64,000 bases of DNA from Octopus sinensis (taxonomy: Eukaryota). Position 1 is the first letter of the stretch; every line of letters begins with the position of its first letter. Below the pieces are notes generated by a model that was not told the origin of the DNA, did no database searches, and saw only the letters and a program-made list of their open reading frames with translations. The DNA lies in assembly GCF_006345805.1 (NCBI RefSeq), contig NC_042997.1:208444001-208508000 (forward strand). Direction: 5' to 3'. Position numbers and translations under genes: made by a program. This document shows, one piece after another, positions 54,691 through 64,000 of this stretch.

Positions 54691-55372
54691 CCCATATTTT
54701 TATATGCTTCCTATATATATATATATGTATTTTTATATATTTTTATATACCTATATATTTATATATCACTTTATACTATATTCTTACGTATTTACCTTCG
54801 AGGTGTTGCAATGTTTTTTTTAAAACTATATTTTTCTTAATCGCTAAAGTATTAACTTTTAACCGTGATGAACTGTATTCACACATTTTTTCTCGCACTT
54901 TCTTATATGCTTGTACAGATGAGTTATGTTCCATCTTCCGTGATGTTTAAATGTATATTCTATGATTGAATGTTCGAGTTATGAAATGCTATGCGGATGA
55001 CCTTGCATTTGTTTGTTCTATAACCTTAGTTTGATATATTTGTCTCTTTCAATTGAGCACTTCTATAGCAGTCCTATTAAATATTTTGTTCCTGATAAGA
55101 AACAATCACTGTATTATTGATATATATATATATAATATATATATATATATAAGAAATATTGAATTTCTAAATCTCTCGTAGAGACATGTGCGGTGGTGGG
55201 GCGATAGAATGGTTTTATACTGTCAATCTAACAAGAACGTGACAGTAGGGGGTACACCACCGTTGTATTGCCCTAGGAGGCATCGAACGCCTCCTGACAG
55301 CTTCGACACATTTTTTCCCTGTGTCCTTATATACATATATGAAGGGGAGACAAACACCCCCGGCCGTCGGAA

Positions 55373-55430
55373 CTGCATCTAGGGACACCGTGTTTCAGGA
55401 TCATTGTCCTTCATCGGCCTAGAGTAGCAG
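55373..55430 (-). ncRNA. Type I hammerhead motif, CCGAUGA core variant
   Basis: Exact reverse complement of 55689-55746. Confidence 0.75.
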
Positions 55431-55688
55431 ACACCGGTCGGCCGGTGATATTTGCCTCAGGAGGCGTTCGATGCCTCCTAGGGCTATACAACAGTGGTGT
55501 ACCCCCTACTGTCACGTTCTTGTTAGATTGACAGTATACAACCATTCTATCGCCCCACCACCGTACATGTCTCTACGAGAGATTTAGAAATTCAATATTT
55601 CTTATTTTGATAACCAGTGAATAAACTTCACTGATTATATATATATACAATTATGAAGACGAGGCAAATATCACCGGCCGACCGGTGT

Positions 55689-55746
55689 CTGCTACTCTAG
55701 GCCGATGAAGGACAATGATCCTGAAACACGGTGTCCCTAGATGCAG
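55689..55746 (+). ncRNA. Type I hammerhead motif, CCGAUGA core variant
   Basis: CUGC-UAC-UCUAGG-CCGAUGA-AGGA(CAAUGA)UCCU-GAAA-CAC-G-GUG-UC|CCUAGA-U-GCAG. Predicted cut after 55735. Confidence 0.75.
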
Positions 55747-55907
55747 TTCCGACGGCCGGGGGTGTTTGTCTCCCCTTCATATATGTATATAAGGACACAG
55801 GGAAAAAATGTATCGAAGCTGTCAGGAGGCGTTCGATGCCTCCTAGGGCTATACAACGGTGGTGTACCCCCTACTGTCACGTTCTTGTTAGATTGACAGT
55901 ATACAAC

Positions 55908-55951
<44 letters not shown>

Positions 55952-56310
55952 TGTACTAGATGACCACAAGCCGTCCATAATGATGGCTAATTGTAGTATT
56001 TTATATACAAATGAGGTACAAAGTAAGGTACGTAATAATCACACATACAAACTCCCTTTGTACACGCACACACAAACACACACATATACTCATACAGAGA
56101 TGAACGCTAATTCTTTTCATCCCTTCCTTCCTTATTCAACTATCACTCCTTCCTTTCTCTCATTGCTATTACTTTCTCTCACTCCCTCTCAGTCAGAGCT
56201 ATTACTCTCACTACTTCTCCTTCACTGAATTACTATTTTCTCTCCTCCTCCTCCTCGTCCGACGTGATTCTGGACAACTATATAAAAACACTACGCTCAT
56301 TATTATGTTA

Positions 56311-56356
<46 letters not shown>

Positions 56357-56358
<2 letters not shown>

Positions 56359-56593
56359 CTTGTTTCAGTAAATATGATTAAGGCCATGCTGGAGCACCGC
56401 CTTTAGCCGAGCAAATCAACCCCATGACTTATTCTTTGTAAGCCTAGTACTTATCCTATCGGTCTCTTTTGCCGAACCGTTAAGTTACGGGGACGTAAAC
56501 ACACCAGCATTGGTTGTCAAGTGATGTTGGGGGGCAAACACAGACACATAAACATTTACACACAACACACACACACACACATATACATATATA

Positions 56594-56669
<76 letters not shown>

Positions 56670-56825
56670 GACGGGCTTCTTTCTGTTCCGTCTGCCAAAT
56701 CCACTCAGAAGACTTTGGTCGGCCCGAGGCTATAGTAGAAGATACTTGCCCAAGGTGCCACGAAGTGGGACTGAATCTGGAACCATGTGGTTGGGAAGCA
56801 AGCTTCTTAACACACAGCCAGACAT
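56357..56825 (-). mobile_element. SINE family B, full length
   Basis: Reverse complement of 8723-9112 with an expanded internal TA/CA tract. Confidence 0.85.
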
Positions 56826-57199
56826 ACACACACACACACGCACACACACACATACACACACACACACACACATACACACATACTCACACGCACACACATA
56901 CTTACATATATGATAGTAACCGACTCGATTTCAAGTAGAGCCATTTCTTGACTTATTTATGCCCTAGAATATCATCAATGAGCGGCACGAATGTGATCTT
57001 TGAGGCCTGCCAAAGACTTGCATGCTTTTTAACAATTAGCGCAAGAAAACTTGGTAATTGTATAGTTTACAGCTCCATGAACTTTACTGTGCCTCTTCAA
57101 GTCACTTTTCAATCTGCATACTTTATGACAGAGGATGCATTCGAAATCTTTTGTCCATCTATAATCAATACGCGGTTGTGCCATGTGGGATTTCATGTG

Positions 57200-57905
57200 G
57201 CTCTTTAGCCCATCCTTACTAAGACAAATCTTTCCACATTCATCCCATGTAAGATGACCACGTTCATCAATGTTTGTTAGAATATCATTCCTGTCACTTT
57301 TTTATTTATCTTTCTTTTGATCTTTGCATGTTCCATTCTCTTTCTTTCAAATTCATTTTTGCCTTCATACGAAATTTTTTTCCATTTTTCTTGGCAATGC
57401 GCTAAATCTTCACAGTTGTCAATTGGAACGTTTATCTTATTCAATCCTGACTTCAGACAATCTTTGTACCACGTCTTTGGTTTGTGGGACGGACGCTTAC
57501 CTGTCACTAATTCTCCGTAAAAAAAGCTGTTTAGGCATTCTGTTGGTTGTCATTCTCACTAAGTGTCCACTCCATCTCAATCTGTACTGCAATAGCAAAG
57601 CTTCAATACTGAAGCATTTCCCTCTTTCAAGCCTCTTCATCGTCATTCACAAACATTTTCCAGATGATCCTCAAAATCCTTCTCAGACATTGTTGATGAA
57701 AACGTTCCATAAGTTTTAAGTGCTTACGATACACAGTCCAGGTTTCGCAAGCATTCAACAAAGAGGTTAAGATACATGTATTGTATACCTTAATCTTTGT
57801 CGCATGTCTAGACCATAGGCGGTCTTCTAATTTGCCGAAAGCAAAACTGAGTTTCTGAATGCGTAGTGACACTTCATCATCAAGATTCGCTGATGTGTTT
57901 AATGT
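57200..57905 (-). mobile_element. RTE (BovB-like) LINE 3' fragment
   Basis: RIQKLSFAFGKL...TKIKVYNTCILTSLLNACETWT...ERFHQQCLRRIL...GKRPSHKPKTWYKDCLK. Confidence 0.85.
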
Positions 57906-58227
57906 ATATCATAATGTTTTAGCCAATTCGTGACAGAGATAGGCTCCGACATAAATACACGTTATGTTATTTTTACATTATTTCAAGTGGAATACCCACA
58001 AATCTTATTGATTGAAATCCCAATAACTGAACTATTATTAATTTATATTATTATATATTTTGTATATTTCTATGTAAATATATATATATAAATATGTTAT
58101 AATCATGACGCCACTGCACGATATGGTGATGTTGAATACACGGTATATATTCTCCGGATTAAAATGCATTTAATGTTAAGGGAAAACGATTTGGAACTTC
58201 GTTTTCCCACATTATTCAAATATATAC

Positions 58228-58302
<75 letters not shown>

Positions 58303-58304
58303 AG

Positions 58305-60485
58305 GTTTAACAATTAAGGATAATCTCTTAATAAGGGATCTTAACAAGAAATTATCGGGTAGCTAGCGTGAAAACCTCATAAAAGAAAAGAATTCGAAAA
58401 TAATTTTTTTCTTTTGAACAAATTAATTATATCTATATTGTATAGAGGGCATTATTACACATAAATGCCTCACACTAGGAGGGACAAAGTCATTACTACC
58501 AAAATTATACTAATCATACCCAAATGCAGTTTTTCAAAGCAAGACATTTAAAAAAATGAATTTAGTTCTGTATCACCGTGATTTCACATTCAACTTTACG
58601 TCTAATGATCGTCAGCAGAACTGATTCTGAATACATCATAAATAAACTACCAAACTTACGTAGCGAAGACAAACAGACAACTGCTCACTCCGGCCAAGCA
58701 CATGGAATGTTATAAATCATATATCCGGTAAATGGCGGGCTTTTTTACGAATTGCATGTCGGGTAATGAAAAGATATTTCGGAATAAGTTTAACAATTAA
58801 GGATAATCTCTTAATAAGGGATCTTAACAAGAAATTATCGGGTAGCTAGCGTGAAAACCTCATAAAAGAAAAGAATTCGAAAATAATTTTTTTCTTTTGA
58901 ACAAATTAATTATATCTATATTGTATAGAGGGCATTATTACACATAAATGCCTCACACTAGGAGGGACAAAGTCATTACTACCAAAATTATACTAATCAT
59001 ACCAAATGCAGTTTTTCAAAGCAAGACATTTAAAAAAATGAATTTAGTTCTGTATCACCGTGATTTCACATTCAACTTTACGTCTAATGATCGTCAGCAG
59101 AACTGATTCTGAATACATCATAAATAAACTACCAAACTTACGTAGCGAAGACAAACAGACAACTGCTCACTCCGGCCAAGCACATGGAATGTTTATAAAT
59201 CATATATCCGGTAAATGGCGGGCTTTTTTACGAACTGCATGTCGGGTAATGAAAAGTATTTCGGAATAAGTTTAACATTAAGGATAATCTCTTAATAAGG
59301 GATCTTAACAAGAAATTATCGGGTAGCTAGCGTGAAAACCTCATAAAAGAAAAGAATTCGAAAATAATTTTTTTCTTTTGAACAAATTAATTATATCTAT
59401 ATTGTATAGAGGGCATTATTACACATAAATGCCTCACACTAGGAGGGACAAAGTCATTACTACCAAAATTATACTAATCATACCCAAATGCAGTTTTTCA
59501 AAGCAAGACATTTAAAAAAATGAATTTAGTTCTGTATCACCGTGATTTCACATTCAACTTTACGTCTAATGATCGTCAGCAGAACTGATTCTGAATACAT
59601 CATAAATAAACTACCAAACTTACGTAGCGAAGACAAACAGACAACTGCTCACTCCGGCCAAGCACATGGAATGTTTATAAATCATATATCCGGTAAATGG
59701 CGGGCTTTTTTACGAACTGCATGTCGGGTAATGAAAAGATATTTCGGAATAAGTTTAACAATTAAGGATAATCTCTTAATAAGGGATCTTAACAAGAAAT
59801 TATCGGGTAGCTAGCGTGAAAACCTCATAAAAGAAAAGAATTCGAAAATAATTTTTTTCTTTTGAACAAATTAATTATATCTATATTGTATAGAGGGCAT
59901 TATTACACATAAATGCCTCACACTAGGAGGGACAAAGTCATTACTACCAAAATTATACTAATCATACCCAAATGCAGTTTTTCAAAGCAAGACATTTAAA
60001 AAATGAATTTAGTTCTGTATCACCGTGATTTCACATTCAACTTTACGTCTAATGATCGTCAGCAGAACTGATTCTGAATACATCATAAATAAACTACCAA
60101 ACTTACGTAGCGAAGACAAACAGACAACTGCTCACTCCGGCCAAGCACATGGAATGTTTATAAATCATATATCCGTTAAATGGCGGGCTTTTTTACGAAC
60201 TGCATGTCGGGTAATGAAAAGTATTTCGGAATAAGTTTAACAATTAAGGATAATCTCTTAATAAGGGATCTTAACAAGAAATTATCGGGTAGCTAGCGTG
60301 AAAACCTCATAAAAGAAAAGAATTCGAAAATAATTTTTTTCTTTTGAACAAATTAATTATATCTATATTGTATAGAGGGCATTATTACACATAAATGCCT
60401 CACACTAGGAGGGACAAAGTCATTACTACCAAAATTATACTAATCATACCCAAATGCAGTTTTTCAAAGCAAGACATTTAAAAAA
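58305..60485 (-). repeat. Left arm of the 483-bp tandem array (4.5 units; hammerheads on - at 58564-58622, 59046-59104, 59528-59586, 60011-60069)
   Basis: GTTTAAC unit starts at 58305, 58788, 59270, 59753 and 60235. Units differ by only a few bases. Confidence 0.95.
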
Positions 60486-62756
60486 CTTTTCATTACCCGA
60501 CATGCAGTTCGTAAAAAAAGCCCGCCATTTACCGGATATATGATTTATAAACATTCCATGTGCTTGGCCGGAGTGAGCAGTTGTCTGTTTGTCTTCGCTA
60601 CGTAAGTTTGGTAGTTTATTTATGATGTATTCAGAATCAGTTCTGCTGACGATCATTAGACGTAAAGTTGAATGTGAAATCACGGTGATACAGAACTAAA
60701 TTCATTTTTTTAAATGTCCTGCTTTGAAAAACTGCATTGGGGTATGATTAGTATAATTTTGGTAGTAATGACTTTGTCCCTCCTAGTGTGAGGCATTTAT
60801 GTGTAATAATGCCCTCTATACAATATAGATATAATTAATTTGTTCAAAAGAAAAAAATTATTTTCGAATTCTTTTCTTTTATGAGGTTTTCACGCTAGCT
60901 ACCCGATAATTTCTTGTTAAGATCCCTTATTAAGAGATTATCCTTAATTGTTAAACTTATTCGAAATACTTTTCATTACCCGACATGCAGTTCGTAAAAA
61001 AGCCCGCCATTTACCGGATATATGATTTATAAACATTCCATGTGCTTGCCGGAGTGAGCAGTTGTCTGTTTGTCTTCGCTACGTAAGTTTGGTAGTTTAT
61101 TTATGATGTATTCAGAATCAGTTCTGCTGACGATCATTAGACGTAAAGTTGAATGTGAAATCACGGTGATACAGAACTAATTCATTTTTTTAAATGTCTT
61201 GCTTTGAAAAACTGCATTTGGGTATGATTAGTATAATTTTGGTAGTAATGACTTTGTCCCTCCTAGTGTGAGGCATTTATGTGTAATAATGCCCTCTATA
61301 CAATATAGATATAATTAATTTGTTCAAAAGAAAAAAATTATTTTCGAATTCTTTTCTTTTATGAGGTTTTCACGCTAGCTACCCGATAATTTCTTGTTAA
61401 GATCCCTTATTAAGAGATTATCCTTAATTGTTAAACTTATTCCGAAATATCTTTTCATTACCCGACATGCAGTTCGTAAAAAAGCCCGCCATTTACCGGA
61501 TATATGATTTATAAACATTCCATGTGCTTGGCCGGAGTGAGCAGTTGTCTGTTTGTCTTCGCTACGTAAGTTTGGTAGTTTATTTATGATGTATTCAGAA
61601 TCAGTTCTGCTGACGATCATTAGACGTAAAGTTGAATGTGAAATCACGGTGATACAGAACTAATTCATTTTTTTAAATGTCTTGCTTTGAAAAACTGCAT
61701 TTGGGTATGATTAGTATAATTTTGGTAGTAATGACTTTGTCCCTCCTAGTGTGAGGCATTTATGTGTAATAATGCCCTCTATACAATATAGATATAATTA
61801 ATTTGTTCAAAAGAAAAAAATTATTTTCGAATTCTTTTCTTTTATGAGGTTTTCACGCTAGCTACCCGATAATTTCTTGTTAAGATCCCTTATTAAGAGA
61901 TTATCCTTAATTGTTAAACTTATTCCGAAATACTTTTCATTACCCGACATGCAGTTCGTAAAAAAGCCCGCCATTTACCGGATATATGATTTATAAACAT
62001 TCCATGTGCTTGGCCGGAGTGAGCAGTTGTCTGTTTGTCTTCGCTACGTAAGTTTGGTAGTTTATTTATGATGTATTCAGAATCAGTTCTGCTGACGATC
62101 ATTAGACGTAAAGTTGAATGTGAAATCACGGTGATACAGAACTAAATTCATTTTTTTAAATGTCTTGCTTTGAAAAACTGCATTTGGGTATGATTAGTAT
62201 AATTTTGGTAGTAATGACTTTGTCCCTCCTAGTGTGAGGCATTTATGTGTAATAATGCCCTCTATACAATATAGATATAATTAATTTGTTCAAAAGAAAA
62301 AAATTATTTTCGAATTCTTTTCTTTTATGAGGTTTTCACGCTAGCTACCCGATAATTTCTTGTTAAGATCCCTTATTAAGAGATTATCCTTAATTGTTAA
62401 ACTTATTCCGAAATACTTTTCATTACCCGACATGCAGTTCGTAAAAAAGCCCGCCATTTACCGGATATATGATTTATAAACATTCCATGTGCTTGGCCGG
62501 AGTGAGCAGTTGTCTGTTTGTCTTCGCTACGTAAGTTTGGTAGTTTATTTATGATGTATTCAGAATCAGTTCTGCTGACGATCATTAGACGTAAAGTTGA
62601 ATGTGAAATCACGGTGATACAGAACTAAATTCATTTTTTTAAATGTCTTGCTTTGAAAAACTGCATTTGGGTATGATTAGTATAATTTTGGTAGTAATGA
62701 CTTTGTCCCTCCTAGTGTGAGGCATTTATGTGTAATAATGCCCTCTATACAATATA
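60486..62756 (+). repeat. Right, inverted arm of the 483-bp array (4.7 units; hammerheads on + at 60639-60697, 61120-61178, 61603-61661, 62085-62143, 62568-62626)
   Basis: CTTTTCATTACCCG recurs at 60486, 60969, 61451, 61933 and 62416. Confidence 0.95.
60639..60697 (+). ncRNA. Type I hammerhead ribozyme motif (representative of nine copies in the array)
   Basis: AGUUCUG-CUGACGA-U-CAUU-A-GAC(GUAAA)GUU-G-AAUG-U-GAAA-UCAC-G-GUGA-UA|CAGAACU. Perfect 7-bp stem I. Predicted cut after 60690. Confidence 0.85.
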
Positions 62757-62767
62757 TATATATATAG

Positions 62768-62842
62768 AGCGCCATACTAATACAATTGTTCGTTTGTTTT
62801 CCACCTGCCTTCGTCTTTTGTTTATTTTCATAAAGCTTCCCG

Positions 62843-62880
<38 letters not shown>

Positions 62881-63022
62881 CGTTAGCCACTACACACATT
62901 TTTTCTCTCCTTGTTTTTTCTATGTCCCTTCCTGTAGAAGAGCGTAGGCTCGAAACGTACAAATCTTTTTCTATTCCTGACCGTTATACTAATATATCTG
63001 TTTGTTTTGTACACCACCTATC
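62768..63022 (+). mobile_element. 1.4 units of the ~177-bp hammerhead-like repeat (motif 62928-62963)
   Basis: Partial 3' unit, (TA)n, then GATCGTTAGCCAC...CUGUAGA-A-GAGC(GUAG)GCUC-GAAA-CG-UA. Confidence 0.7.
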
Positions 63023-63133
63023 CGGACATTAATATTTATATTTAATGCTAAAACAAAAAGCAAAAAGATTTACTTTCAGTTTTATAATGAATATTTTCTG
63101 TTTGAAATATCTATGGAATAATGAACCTAAAAC

Positions 63134-63176
63134 GAATCTTCATTAATTTATTTATTCTATTTTCTTTTTATTACAG
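63134..63176 (+). promoter_or_regulatory. 3' splice acceptor of a probable 5'-UTR intron (paralogue 2)
   Basis: TTTTCTTTTTATTACAG ending 10 nt before ATG 63187, the same spacing as paralogue 1. Confidence 0.65.
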
Positions 63177-63186
63177 ATAATGGAAT

Positions 63187-64000
63187 ATGGCTTCTCTGCA
63201 GACGACAACAACAGCAACCAGTTCTCTTATTGTTTCAATCATTCTTATTATCACACTAACCTCACTAAACATCGAAGCGAAGGAACTCGACGATGATTGC
63301 CAAATTAAAATCCCTCCCAATGTCAGTGAGATTTTATCTCGTTTAGTTAAATTGGGAAAAAAGTTTTCCATTTTGAAGTCCATCTATCAAACAAGACACT
63401 TGATGACCTTCTTAATCCTGTACCATTGGATTATTTTGCAAACGCGAGACTCTTTACCTGGATTCCAGATGAACCAGACGGTTTAATAGCATATAAAAAT
63501 TTCTACTATGATTTCTCAATTTACTCTTTGAATTTGTTAAATGTCTACATTGCTCATCCAAGAATTGATATCGATATAAATTGTTCAAAACAAAATATTC
63601 AAAGACGCGATATAATATATTTGATTTTCAAGGAATTGAAGAAACTCGTATTTATCGATAAATTGCAAATGGGAAAATCAGGATACATGTGTTTTTTTGT
63701 AGATTTGTCTCAAGGCATGAAGAAGAACAGCCCTCCCGCATATGAAGCTTGCAGAAGAATTGGTATAAATCGGGAGATAGTGAAGAACTATTGCTGTAAA
63801 CTCTATAAAAACGAAAGTAATCTTTATCACCCCAAATCTATTTGTTTAGGAAATAATATTGAAAATAGTATGTTTATCAATTATGAAAATATTGTTGGAA
63901 CAGTTTTGTGGATATTTTTCCCATTGCTTATTAGTTTTGTTTCAAAAGCCAAATTACCTTCATATTACTATCGAAACACAATGCCATACGAATCAGAATG
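63187..64000 (+). CDS. Second paralogue of the orphan membrane protein (runs off the window end; 1-bp deletion in the A6 run at 63357-63362)
   Basis: After adding one base the frame is open to 64000 and aligns with copy 1 (FTWIPDEPDG, YKNFYYDFSIYSLNLL, KNYCCKL, WIFFPL). Roughly two-thirds identical by eye. Confidence 0.85.

Larger units (their letters stand above)
55149..55915. mobile_element. Head-to-head insertion of a 365-bp hammerhead-bearing unit (retrozyme-like)
   Basis: Left arm 55149-55458 (-), right arm 55457-55915 (+, 1.25 units; TCAGGAGGCG recurs at 55457 and 55822). Both ends in (TA)n. Confidence 0.9.

Noticed and set aside
58770-62420. Alternating GATATTTC / GTATTTC variants suggesting a 965-bp higher-order repeat
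   Set aside because: The alternation holds in the left arm but not the right, and 1-bp indels are within apparent consensus noise.
59060-62612. Repeated 69-90 aa ORF MISHSTLRL... in the 483-bp array
   Set aside because: Antisense to the ribozyme strand, starts at GTG, length changes with 1-bp indels, and has no recognisable motif. It recurs only because the unit repeats.
58305-62756. CRISPR array, or a simple read fold-back artefact
   Set aside because: Whole units repeat with no unique spacers or cas genes. The right arm does not mirror the left arm plus its flank, so a simple fold-back does not fit. Copy number could still be misassembled.
63180-63296. Out-of-frame ATG 7 nt upstream of the paralogue 2 start (overlapping uORF)
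   Set aside because: Not conserved in paralogue 1, and there is no evidence it is used.

Overview
AT-rich, microsatellite-saturated eukaryotic DNA with one 100-N gap (22211-22310). The SINE families and repeat landscape suggest an octopus; this is inference, not a database match. Frequent 1-bp homopolymer indels suggest a long-read consensus. Most listed ORFs are microsatellite artefacts. The only host-like coding content is two tandem paralogues of an orphan multi-pass membrane protein with a single coding exon (29983-32192 and 63187 to past 64000), each with one 1-bp frameshift at a different site. The rest is mobile DNA: five co-oriented R4/Dong-like elements stacked in (TAA)n (33.2-46.3 kb), a near-full-length CR1-group LINE, RTE, mariner, hAT and Penelope-like (GIY-YIG) fragments, and many tRNA-derived SINEs. 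The main discovery, read by hand-folding, is about 20 type I hammerhead ribozyme motifs from at least six unrelated small repeat families, plus half-motifs. They include a near-identical 483-bp tandem array with a hammerhead in every unit (58305-62756) and a 365-bp element with a CCGAUGA core (55149-55915), both resembling non-LTR retrozymes. Five insertions share one geometry: two arms joined 5'-to-5' with both 3' ends in a (TA)n tract, as expected from twin-primed reverse transcription. Every family has a palindromic or near-palindromic stem III of different sequence. Ribozyme activity, circular RNA production and novelty are untested. TE boundaries are approximate unless a junction sequence is quoted.
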